Shown: positions 19,365-27,340 of the stretch, in pieces
How positions within the stretch are numbered: the first letter of the stretch is position 1
Layout of the letters: every line of letters starts with the position of its first letter
Source of the DNA: an uncultured Acidobacteriaceae bacterium
GTDB lineage: Bacteria; Acidobacteriota; Terriglobia; Terriglobales; Acidobacteriaceae
Direction of reading: 5' to 3'
Assembly (NCBI GenBank): GCA_963705665.1
Contig: CAVPKQ010000050.1
Span: 3,580 to 67,579, forward strand
Length of the DNA: 64,000 nt
The notes under the pieces: model-generated
What the model saw: only the letters and a program-made list of their open reading frames with translations
What the model was told of the DNA's origin: nothing
Databases searched by the model: none
Position numbers and translations under genes: made by a program

Positions 19365-19465
19365 TTGCTTTTCTTGTCTGTCATTCCCGCAGGGAATCTG
19401 CTTCTGCTCTCTCGGGCATACTCGTAAAGTAGATTCCCTTCGGGAATGACAGACAAGAAAAGAGG
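19365..19465. repeat. Inverted pair of repeat family A copies (19365-19403 inverted, 19427-19465 direct)
   Basis: The reverse complement of 19365-19403 (aagcagattccctgcgggaatgacagacaagaaaagcaa) nearly equals 19427-19465 (aagtagattcccttcgggaatgacagacaagaaaagagg). The two could form a ~39-bp stem with a 23-nt loop. Confidence 0.8.
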
Positions 19466-19580
19466 ACGCAATGGCACCCGGTTTGGTCGCGATGCTATAG
19501 CGCCCAACCTATCAGGCAAGAGAGACGCGTTGAGATCAAGCCACAATCGACGGCGGCACACAAGCAAACTATGCTTCGTA

Positions 19581-21755
19581 ATGCTCCTGTTTCCCTTGTT
19601 CTTGGCGGCGCAGACCCCTGGCCAGCGGCGCCCCATGCGGTTTGAAGATCTGATGAAGATGCGCCGCCTGGGGGACATCGATCTCTCTCCCGACGGCAAA
19701 TGGGTGCTCCTTACTGTCACCGATGTAGACTTGGAGGGCAACACGCGCACGCCCCACCTCTGGATTGTTCCAGTCATTGGGGGCGAGGAAAAGCCGATTA
19801 CCGCCTCTCAAGCCGGGGAGAGCGGCGGCCGGTTCTCTCCCGACGGTAAACAGGTTCTCTTTCTGAGCGCCCGCGGCGGGGTCCAGCAGATTTATCTTGC
19901 CAGCTTCGACGGGGCAAGCGGCAATATCGGCTCAGCGACGGCGCTCACTCATCTCTCCACCGAGGCTGGCGGCGCTCTTTGGTCCCCCGACGGCGAGTCG
20001 ATTCTCTTCACCTCGTCTGTCTATCCTAGCTGTAGCGGTCCGGATGAAGATACCTGCGACCAGCAGCGCGACCAGGAGCAGGAAACCTCCAAGGTGAAAG
20101 CGCAGATCTTCACCCACCTGCTTTTTCGGCATTGGAACCATTTTACCGGCGAGAAACGCAGCCATCTCTTTCTCATCCCGGCGGCCGGCGGCACTGCGCG
20201 CGATCTCACTCCAGGTGTGGACCACGACATACCTCCCTTCTCCTTAGGCGAACCGGAGGGATATGCTTTTTCTCCGGACAGCAAGGAGATCGCCTTTCAA
20301 TGGAAGAATGATCCTCAGCCCGCGATCAGTACCAACACCAACATCTTCACCCTGAGCCTTACCGGCGCCGATGCTAAGCCGGTTCGCATCTCCACCAGCG
20401 CGGGCGGCAATTTCACTCCCCGCTACTCGCCCGACGGCAAGTACATCGCCTTCCGCTCCCAAGCCAGGGCAGGCTACGAGAGCGACCGCTTCCGGCTGAT
20501 GCTTTATAACCGGCAAGACAAGCAAATACGCGAGCTGCTGCCCGATTTTGACCGCTGGGTGGACGATCTGGCCTGGACGCCGGATTCGCAGACCATATAC
20601 TTCCTCAGCGGAGTGGGCGGCGAAGAGCCAGTTTTCAAGGTGGACATTGCCGGCAAGCATCTGACCGAGCTCACCGGACGGGGTGCATACGGCGATCTTC
20701 ACTTTACGCCCGATGGAGAAAAGCTGATCCTGAGCAGGACGACCCTGCGCCAGCCGGCGGAAATCTACATCCTGCGGACGAAAGAGGAGAGCGAGACTCC
20801 ACCTAGAAATCTGGACGCTCCTTTTTCCCTGTCTTCGCACGGTCCCACGCGGATCATCGCCAGCCGGAGCCTATTACGGCAAGACCAGCTCACGCACCTG
20901 AATAGCGCTTTGCTGGCGCAATTGGATTTGCCGGAGATGGAGAGGTTTTGGTTCACGGGCTCGCAGCGCGCCCGCGTCGAAGGCTTTTTGCTGCGGCCCC
21001 CGGGCTTCGATCCGGCAAAGAAATATCCTGTCAAGTTCCTCATCCACGGCGGTCCCGAGGGCGAGTGGGGCAATAGCTGGAGCTATCGCTGGAACCCGGA
21101 ACTCTTCGCGGCCAGCGGGTACGTGGTAGTCATGATCAACCCTCGCGGGTCCACCGGCTACGGACAGGCTTTTGTCGATGGGGTCAATGGCGATTGGGGC
21201 GGTAAGCCCTACATCGATCTGATGCGCGGGCTGGACCGCGTTGAGGCCAGGTACCCATTTGTCGACAAGTCTCGCGAATGCGCTTTGGGAGCCTCCTACG
21301 GCGGCTATATGGCGGATTGGATTCTTGGCCACACCAACCACTTCGCCTGCATTGTGACCCACGACGGCATGTTCGACCCCGAGACCTTTTACGGCTCTAC
21401 CGACGAGCTTTGGTTCCCTGAATGGGAGTTCAAGGGGACGCCCTGGCACGGAGTTGAGGTAGGAGGCGGTAGAGAGGAGTCGCTCTACCGGCGTTGGTCG
21501 CCCATGCGCTTCGCCGCCAACTTCAAGACGCCGACTTTGGTCATCCACGGCCAGCTCGATTACCGGCTGGATGTATCCCAGGGATTCGAGCTCTTCACCA
21601 CCCTGGAGCGCCTGAACGTTCCCACCAAGATGCTCTACTTCCCCGACGAAGGGCACTGGGTGCTTAAACCTCAAAACAGCCGCTTGTGGAACAAGACGGT
21701 CAGTGACTGGTGCGACCTTTATACGAAGACCCAGGAAGGTCCCGTGCAGCCATGA
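19581..21755 (+). CDS. S9-family serine peptidase (prolyl oligopeptidase/dipeptidyl aminopeptidase type) with an N-terminal TolB-like beta-propeller
   Basis: Propeller repeats (SPDGK...) are followed by the catalytic domain HGGPEGEW and the nucleophile motif GASYGGYMADW. The start is uncertain because the ORF-track start at 19446 lies inside a repeat. MLLFPLFLAAQT at 19581 looks like the tail of a signal peptide. Confidence 0.85.
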   Translation: MLLFPLFLAAQTPGQRRPMRFEDLMKMRRLGDIDLSPDGKWVLLTVTDVDLEGNTRTPHLWIVPVIGGEEKPITASQAGESGGRFSPDGKQVLFLSARGGVQQIYLASFDGASGNIGSATALTHLSTEAGGALWSPDGESILFTSSVYPSCSGPDEDTCDQQRDQEQETSKVKAQIFTHLLFRHWNHFTGEKRSHLFLIPAAGGTARDLTPGVDHDIPPFSLGEPEGYAFSPDSKEIAFQWKNDPQPAISTNTNIFTLSLTGADAKPVRISTSAGGNFTPRYSPDGKYIAFRSQARAGYESDRFRLMLYNRQDKQIRELLPDFDRWVDDLAWTPDSQTIYFLSGVGGEEPVFKVDIAGKHLTELTGRGAYGDLHFTPDGEKLILSRTTLRQPAEIYILRTKEESETPPRNLDAPFSLSSHGPTRIIASRSLLRQDQLTHLNSALLAQLDLPEMERFWFTGSQRARVEGFLLRPPGFDPAKKYPVKFLIHGGPEGEWGNSWSYRWNPELFAASGYVVVMINPRGSTGYGQAFVDGVNGDWGGKPYIDLMRGLDRVEARYPFVDKSRECALGASYGGYMADWILGHTNHFACIVTHDGMFDPETFYGSTDELWFPEWEFKGTPWHGVEVGGGREESLYRRWSPMRFAANFKTPTLVIHGQLDYRLDVSQGFELFTTLERLNVPTKMLYFPDEGHWVLKPQNSRLWNKTVSDWCDLYTKTQEGPVQP

Positions 21756-22294
21756 GCTTCGCCCGCCGTCCGAGGAAAGATGCAACTCCTCTGGATGAAA
21801 ACGCCCTCTATGAGTATGCCGTCAAGGCTCTGGCCCGCAGGATGCGCAGCGTCGCCGAGCTCAAGCGCCTGATGCAATCCAAAGTCGAGCCCGGAGAGAC
21901 AGGCGTGAGCAAGATGTCGGCTGTCGTTGCCCGGCTGGAGGAAGATCGCTATCTCAATGACACCGCCTTCGCCTCGGCCTATACCCGGCTTCGCCAGGAA
22001 AATGAGGGCCTGGGCAAACTCCGCGTAAAGCAGGAGCTTGCCCGCAAGGGTGTTGCTCGAGAGCTGATCGAGAGCACCCTTGATGCCGCCTACGGAAACT
22101 TGAGCGAAGAAGATCTGGCCCGCCGCTACCTCGCTCGCAAGCATATCCGCAAGCCTGAGAATCCGAAAGAGACCGCGCGGGTCGTACGCCGGCTCGTCAC
22201 CGCCGGCTTTTCCCTCTCCGTTCTGTCCGCAATCCTCAAGGCCTGGGACATCGAAGTCAGCGAAGAAGATCTGGCCCCGCCCGAGCAGGAATAG
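21752..22294 (+). CDS. recX: Regulatory protein RecX
   Basis: MSFARRPRKD...ALYEYAVKALARRMRSVAELKRLM...DRYLNDTAFASAYTRLR shows the three-repeat RecX pattern. The ATG overlaps the peptidase stop (ATGA). Confidence 0.85.
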   Translation: MSFARRPRKDATPLDENALYEYAVKALARRMRSVAELKRLMQSKVEPGETGVSKMSAVVARLEEDRYLNDTAFASAYTRLRQENEGLGKLRVKQELARKGVARELIESTLDAAYGNLSEEDLARRYLARKHIRKPENPKETARVVRRLVTAGFSLSVLSAILKAWDIEVSEEDLAPPEQE

Positions 22295-22438
22295 AGCCAG
22301 CGCGACAGTGTACATCCGGAACGGACCACAACCCGGATACTACAATGGGCTAGGAGCGCGGAAGCCAACCTGCAGCCTTTCACCGCCGACGATTCCCTTT
22401 CGGTTACACTGTGAATGTTTGTTTGTATAGGTGTGTAA

Positions 22439-22714
22439 ATGGCTGCAGAAGAAGCTGTTCGCTGGAACGTTAAGGTCTCGAAAGAGACCGACGCTTCGCT
22501 GCGCTCCTTTCTCGGCTCACAAGGCATGAAAAAGGGCGACCTTTCAAAGTTCATCGAGCAGGCAGTGCTCGTCCAGGTCTTTCATCGCACTGTAGAAGAC
22601 ATTCACGCACGCAACCGGGACGCCGATCAGAATGAAATCCAGGCCGAAATTGACGCCGCGCTCCGCGAAGTGCGTCACCAAGCCAGAAGCCACACGCGGG
22701 ATCGCAAAGCGTAG
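22439..22714 (+). CDS. Ribbon-helix-helix antitoxin-like protein
   Basis: VRWNVKVSKETDASLRSFLGSQGMKKGDLSKFIEQAVLVQVF shows a beta-strand plus two helices, the RHH pattern. It lies directly upstream of a PIN-family remnant. Confidence 0.6.
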   Translation: MAAEEAVRWNVKVSKETDASLRSFLGSQGMKKGDLSKFIEQAVLVQVFHRTVEDIHARNRDADQNEIQAEIDAALREVRHQARSHTRDRKA

Positions 22715-23129
22715 CTCGCGCGCGTTGCTCTTGACACTAATGTGCTGATTTCGGCCTTGTTGGTTCCTCTCGGAGTTCCGGGAGCAATTTATGGCGCCTG
22801 GCCCGAAGGCGCGTTTACGCTGCTGATCTCGGACGAGCAGCTCGCGGAGCTTCGCCATACCCTCAGAAAGCCTGCTTTGGCCGCACGTATCCGCCCGCAT
22901 CGCGCCGGACGCTTGGTTAATCTGCTGCGGAAACTCGCCGACGATGTCGGACCTTTGCCGCGTGTCGAACGGTCGCCCTGATCCTGACGATAACTTTCTG
23001 TTGGCCATGGCTGAAGCAGGCCAGGCTGAATATCTGGTCACCGGCGATAAGAGCGGCTTGCTCGCGCTGGTTCGTCATGGCGGCACGCGGATCGTCTCCG
23101 CCCGCGAGTTTGTGAATCTGCTGACCTGA
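22715..23129 (+). pseudogene. PIN-family (PIN_3 / TIGR00305-like) toxin, lacking a start codon before the first catalytic Asp and frameshifted
   Basis: LARVALDTNVLISALL follows the antitoxin TAG in the same frame with no ATG/GTG/TTG before DTN. ORF 22742..22981 ends in VERSP*. The family motif continues in the +1 frame (RPDPDDNFLLAMAEAGQAEYLVTGDKSGLLAL, ORF 22944..23129). Confidence 0.65.
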
Positions 23130-23548
23130 CGGGACACGCCGCTAGTCGGTAAGCTTTCGAGAGAATTCTGTCGAACGCCTTTCCAATTCGGCGCTTGGCA
23201 GGAATGCCTTTTTGGGGATACAAATAAGTCCGTAAGCTCCGGGGCATTTCCGCTGTGATTCCAGGCGGCAGCCGTCCCGGAAAACACATCCAAAAACGGG
23301 ACCACACTCGTAAAGTCAATATCGGATCGCAAATTTATGTTTTCCGCCGGTAACTTTGCGACGCTTCATTACTCTCACGCTGTGTTGGATCGGCGGAATA
23401 ACGAAGCGAAGAGATGATTGCAACAAGCGCAAATTCCGTTCGCATCGCAGTAAAGGCCGGCTCCGGACTGCGATGGCACACCACCGACTTTCCTCAACTC
23501 AGGACTGGGGAACCGGCCTGACGCTCAACTTAGAAAGGGTTAGCCCAC

Positions 23549-23848
23549 ATGACCAATAGTGTAAAAACTCTCATCCTCACGGCGGCCGTAACTGGCTTCC
23601 TCGGCGGCACCACGACCCGTCTGCAAGCCCAACCTGCTAGCAACGGAAACTCCACCGCGACCAGCAATGCTGGCGTGTTGGCGCATTCCACCGACTTTAA
23701 GACAAAGGTGCCCAAGCATTCCTGCAAAGGCCAGAACAACTGTAAAGGCCAAGGCGGCTGCAAATCGAGCGACAATGGATGTAAGGGAAAGAATAGCTGC
23801 AAGGGTAAAGGGGGCTGCGCGACCGACGGCTCCAAGATGCCCGGCTAG
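23549..23848 (+). CDS. Sec-signal-bearing Cys-rich precursor peptide (bufferin/HvfA-like, six Cys)
   Basis: A GAAAGGG RBS precedes the signal peptide MTNSVKTLILTAAVTGFLGGTTTRLQAQP. The core is HSCKGQNNCKGQGGCKSSDNGCKGKNSCKGKGGCATDG, made of two CKGxNxCKGxGGC half-repeats. It lies immediately upstream of the DUF692/DUF2063 genes. Confidence 0.7.
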   Translation: MTNSVKTLILTAAVTGFLGGTTTRLQAQPASNGNSTATSNAGVLAHSTDFKTKVPKHSCKGQNNCKGQGGCKSSDNGCKGKNSCKGKGGCATDGSKMPG

Positions 23849-23864
23849 TTGCATCTCCTCGGAA

Positions 23865-23888
23865 GAGCCGGCGCCCAACCGCCGGCTC
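23865..23888 (+). promoter_or_regulatory. Intercistronic GC-rich stem-loop between precursor and maturase genes
   Basis: GAGCCGGCG-cccaac-CGCCGGCTC is a perfect 9-bp stem, 17 nt after the precursor stop. It is not followed by a T-tract, so it fits an attenuator or mRNA-stability element better than a full terminator. Confidence 0.5.
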
Positions 23889-23955
23889 CCCCATTCGAAT
23901 CAGATCCCGTCTTTTGCCCAGGAAGACGGGACCACGTTTACCCGGGATCCACGAC

Positions 23956-24852
23956 ATGCCAGCAAATCGCTTCAACGGATTTACCGAGTATGGGGTTGGA
24001 ATTGGCCTTCGCATTCCCCACTATCGGCATATCTTGGGTGAAAAACCAACTGTAGATTGGTTTGAGATCATCTCCGAGAACTACATGATCGACGGGGGCC
24101 GTCCGCTCCATGTGCTCGATCAGATCCTGGAGCAATACAAGGTCGTGCAACACGGCGTCTCAATGTACTTTGGCTCCGCCCAGCCTCTCAACCGCGAGCA
24201 TCTCAAGCGGCTCAAGACGCTCGCCCGGCGCACCAAAACGCCTTGGCTTTCGGATCATCTCTGCTGGGGGAGTGTAGATGGAAGATATACCCACGATCTC
24301 CTGCCTATCCCGTACACCTTCGAGGCGGCCAAAATCACTGCGGAAAAAGTCCGTCAGGTGCAGGATTATCTGGAGATCCCGGTGGTAGTCGAAAACGTCA
24401 GCAGCTACGCCGAGTTCCATGAGTCGGAAATGACGGAATGGCAGTTCCTCAATGAGGTTGTCGAGTCCGCCGATTGCGGCATTCTTCTCGATGTCAACAA
24501 CATTTACGTTTCATCGCAAAATCACGACTTCGATCCTTTCGTTTATCTGAACAGCGTTCCCGCGGAGCGGGTGGCCCAGATTCACATCGCCGGGCACTCC
24601 AAATATCGAAAGTACATTCTCGATACCCACGATCACCCGGTGATCGATCCCGTCTGGCGCCTCTACGAGCGGGCCATCGAGCGCTGCGGCTCTACGCCCA
24701 CCTTGCTTGAGTGGGATGACAATATCCCCTCCTTTGACGAAGTTCACGCCGAGGCGCTCAAGGCCAACTTGTATCTGAACAAGGCAGCCAAGCGCTGGCA
24801 GGTTCCTCCCCATGCGGCAGAGGGCTCTTCCCGCCTGGAGCTGAGCCGATGA
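23956..24852 (+). CDS. DUF692/UPF0276 family protein (MbnB-like multinuclear non-heme iron oxidase, MNIO)
   Basis: GVGIGLRIPHYRHIL...VDWFEIISENYM...VQHGVSMYFGS...PWLSDHLCW...VVENVSSY...LLDVNNIYVSS is the typical DUF692 TIM-barrel pattern. The ATG at 23956 is preferred over the TTG at 23914. Confidence 0.88.
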   Translation: MPANRFNGFTEYGVGIGLRIPHYRHILGEKPTVDWFEIISENYMIDGGRPLHVLDQILEQYKVVQHGVSMYFGSAQPLNREHLKRLKTLARRTKTPWLSDHLCWGSVDGRYTHDLLPIPYTFEAAKITAEKVRQVQDYLEIPVVVENVSSYAEFHESEMTEWQFLNEVVESADCGILLDVNNIYVSSQNHDFDPFVYLNSVPAERVAQIHIAGHSKYRKYILDTHDHPVIDPVWRLYERAIERCGSTPTLLEWDDNIPSFDEVHAEALKANLYLNKAAKRWQVPPHAAEGSSRLELSR

Positions 24853-25766
24853 CTCTGCTCCAGCTGCAACGGCAAATGGCGGATGCCGTGATGCGTCCCT
24901 TGACCACCCGTTGGGGTATGCAGAAAAAAACCGCCGATGGCAAGGCGGTGGCAGACGAGGCTGAGAGGTTTATCAAACCTAACCGGCGCCTGACCTCGTT
25001 TGAGCGGCTTGAGATTTATAACCGGCAATATTGGTTTCGCGTGCTGTCGGCACTGGCGGACGACTTTCCCGGTCTCGAAGCAGTGGTAGGGAAACGGCAA
25101 TTTGAGAAGCTCGCGCGCGCCTACCTGGAAGCCAATCCTTCACGCTCGTTCACCCTGCGCAACCTGGGGTCGAAGCTCGAGACCTGGCTGCGCGCCAACC
25201 CGGAATGGGCCGGCCCGCGCCACGCACTGGCTCTAGACGTGGTGCGTCTGGAATGGGCTTACGTCGAGGCCTTCGATAATGGGCAGGAGCCTGCTCTCTC
25301 TCTGGCCGATCTCACCGGGCTGGGAGCCGATTCCTGCCTCTCCTTGCAGTCCCATGTGCGCCTGCTGGAATTGGATTTCTCGGTGGATGAATTCACTATC
25401 GATTTGCATCGCAGGCAAGCCGCCGCCAGCGTCGCGAGCAATGCCATGTCCGGCGTGGGAGGACCTGCGCGCCACAAGCGTCTGAACTCCTTTCCTCCCA
25501 GCAAGACCCATCTCGCCGTGCATCGCTTCGAAAACATGGTCTATTACAAACGGCTGGAACGGGAAGCCTACCATCTGCTGCAAATTTTGCAGAACAACGT
25601 TCCGTTGGGCGACGCGCTGGAGAAGACCTTCGAAAACAGCGCAATCCTCCCGGAGGAACAGGCGGCGCGCATTCAGCAATGGTTTTCGAGTTGGGCGGAG
25701 CTGGGATGGTTCTGCCGCCATCGCAAGGCTAAACCGCAGCCCCGCGCCGCCGAAAAGAGAGCCTAA
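24849..25766 (+). CDS. DUF2063 family protein (MbnC/HvfC-like MNIO partner)
   Basis: The ATG overlaps the DUF692 stop (ATGA). LEIYNRQYWFRVLSALADDFPGLEAVVGKRQFEKLARAYLEANPSRSFTLRNLG matches the DUF2063 N-terminal domain pattern. Confidence 0.8.
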   Translation: MTLLQLQRQMADAVMRPLTTRWGMQKKTADGKAVADEAERFIKPNRRLTSFERLEIYNRQYWFRVLSALADDFPGLEAVVGKRQFEKLARAYLEANPSRSFTLRNLGSKLETWLRANPEWAGPRHALALDVVRLEWAYVEAFDNGQEPALSLADLTGLGADSCLSLQSHVRLLELDFSVDEFTIDLHRRQAAASVASNAMSGVGGPARHKRLNSFPPSKTHLAVHRFENMVYYKRLEREAYHLLQILQNNVPLGDALEKTFENSAILPEEQAARIQQWFSSWAELGWFCRHRKAKPQPRAAEKRA

Positions 25767-26270
25767 GTGGCGGGTGACGGTCTGATGGGTCGAATGCTGG
25801 ATCGGGTTTTCGCCGCATACGCAATCTTCTTGAAGGCCGCCTCCAGCTTGCGTTCGCCCTTTCTCCTGCTGGTGCGCCTCTATTGGGGTTGGCAGTTCAC
25901 CCAAACCGGGTTGGGCAAACTGCACCACCTGCCTCGAGTAGCGCAATTTTTTTCCAGTCTGAATATCCCGTTGCCTGGCGCAAGCGCCGCTTTTGTTTCC
26001 TGGCTGGAAGTGGTGGGCGGGATCCTGCTGATCCTTGGCCTGGCTTCGCGAGTTACCGCTCTTCTGCTCGCCATTGACATGTTCGTCGCCTATCTCACGT
26101 CAGACGTGATGGCGCTGCACGCGGTAATCTCCAATCCGGGCAAGTTCTACAACGCCGATCCGTTTACCTTCCTATTCGCCGCCTTGCTGATCCTGATCTT
26201 CGGCCCGGGCAAGTTCGCGCTCGATTCCTTTTTGAGGTGGCGCCAAACCCGCTCTCCCTCGAAGCCGTAG
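25767..26270 (+). CDS. DoxX-family membrane protein
   Basis: The GTG comes directly after the DUF2063 TAA. There are four hydrophobic segments, LLLVRLYWGWQFTQTGLGKL and GASAAFVSWLEVVGGILLILGLASR. Confidence 0.8.
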   Translation: MAGDGLMGRMLDRVFAAYAIFLKAASSLRSPFLLLVRLYWGWQFTQTGLGKLHHLPRVAQFFSSLNIPLPGASAAFVSWLEVVGGILLILGLASRVTALLLAIDMFVAYLTSDVMALHAVISNPGKFYNADPFTFLFAALLILIFGPGKFALDSFLRWRQTRSPSKP

Positions 26271-26294
26271 AAAGCTTTCCCGTCAGCAAATACT

Positions 26295-26335
26295 GGGTGC
26301 CCCAGGTCCCTGATTCTGGGACCTGGGATTCCACG
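26295..26335 (+). repeat. Repeat family D copy (hairpin CCAGGTCCC-tgattct-GGGACCTGG)
   Basis: gggtgccccaggtccctgattctgggacctgggattccacg. An inverted copy at 30220-30259 is ~90% identical. It lies between the convergent DoxX and anti-sigma genes. Confidence 0.8.
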
Positions 26336-26450
26336 GATCTCGATAGAAAGCATCGTCGAGATTTGCGGAATCCCACGTCCGAGAATCCGGACGTGGGGCA
26401 CTCAAGATCGGTTAGAGGAGGAGCTTCAAAAGCCGTGCGCCGGAGGCCTG

Positions 26451-26705
26451 TCATCCTTTGCCACTGTCATCGCGGCCAATCTCCGCGGCGATCCGCGCGT
26501 GCAGCCGCTCGCCATAGCCCAGGGGCAGAGTGAAGATGCGGTCATCGGCGGTAAGCACCAGGATGTTGTGGACCGAATCGAGAATGGCGGAGCAGATCTC
26601 GCAATGGGCAAGGTGCAGCTCGATGGCTTCCCGCTCTTCCGCACTCACCGAGTGGTCGATGTAGTCGGAAATATAAGACCACACGTGCTTGCAATCCAGC
26701 CTCAT
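26451..26705 (-). CDS. Soluble zinc-binding anti-sigma factor (zf-HC2, RsrA-like)
   Basis: 84 aa with no hydrophobic segment. It has C5 and the HLAHCEIC motif (H31-x3-C35-x2-C38). The ATG overlaps the ECF sigma stop (ATGA at 26702-26705). Confidence 0.75.
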   Translation of the reverse strand: MRLDCKHVWSYISDYIDHSVSAEEREAIELHLAHCEICSAILDSVHNILVLTADDRIFTLPLGYGERLHARIAAEIGRDDSGKG

Positions 26706-27340
26706 GCGCGGCCTCCCATCCAGGAGAAAAGCCGCCTGCGGACTGGAATCCGCCGCTTGAGATACGGCGCCAGCTGCTTCTGCAAAAGCATGCGCGCTCT
26801 GAAGAGACGGACCTTCACCAGGCCGGTGCTGACACCGAGGATAGAGGCGATCTCGTCGATGGCCAACTCTTCTTTGTCCCGCAGAAGAAAAACCTCGCGG
26901 TAAGCCGGAGATAGCTCGTCAATCGCCTGCTCGATCCTCTTGGCAAGCTCCTCACGCTCCAGGACCTCGCTGGGAATCTCCCGCCAATCGGCGAGAATGA
27001 AAGGAGTGAAGTTATCCTCGCTTCCGCTGTTGGTGTCTAGAGACTCCAGGGCCGCCCTGCTCATTCGCCGTAATCTCCCGCGGGCTTCGTTGACAACGAT
27101 CGATAGCAGCCAGGTGCTGAACTTAGCCTCACCGCGAAAACCGGCCAGGGCCCGATACGCTTTGATGATCGCCTCCTGAGCGACATCCTCCGCATCCGCT
27201 TCGTTCTTGACTATAGAAAGCGCGGTGACGTAGACCGCGCGCTCGCAGGGCCGAATCAGCTCATGGAAGAGCTGCTCTTCTCCATTCAGAATGCGCGCGA
27301 TCAGATCGAGCTCACCGCTTTGATTCTCGGATCTACCCAT
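26702..27340 (-). CDS. ECF-type RNA polymerase sigma-70 factor
   Basis: Region 2 (AEDVAQEAIIKAYRALAGFRGEAKFSTWLLSIVVNEA) and region 4 (SPAYREVFLLRDKEELAIDEIASILGVSTGLVKVRLFRARMLL) are both present. The start is ambiguous, either ATG at 27340 or TTG at 27370. Confidence 0.88.
   Translation of the reverse strand: MGRSENQSGELDLIARILNGEEQLFHELIRPCERAVYVTALSIVKNEADAEDVAQEAIIKAYRALAGFRGEAKFSTWLLSIVVNEARGRLRRMSRAALESLDTNSGSEDNFTPFILADWREIPSEVLEREELAKRIEQAIDELSPAYREVFLLRDKEELAIDEIASILGVSTGLVKVRLFRARMLLQKQLAPYLKRRIPVRRRLFSWMGGRA

Noticed and set aside
20244-21785. Minus-strand ORFs 20244..20840 and 20874..21785 antisense to the S9 peptidase. Similar antisense ORFs lie at 28886..29863 (alaS), 53347..54330 (hsdR), 61438..62214 (TonB receptor) and 33941..34765 (DUF2961).
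   Set aside because: All are antisense to genes with strong family motifs and have no motifs of their own.
23340-23548. ECF-type promoter for the RiPP operon: GGAAC at ~23509, GGTAAC at ~23349, and CGAA repeats at ~23402-23410 (compared with GTAACC-N16-CGAA-type and GGAAC-N16/17-CGTC-type motifs).
   Set aside because: None of the candidate -35 elements has a matching -10 at the right spacing. The GGAAC at 23509 is too close to the RBS and ATG. The promoter therefore remains unassigned.
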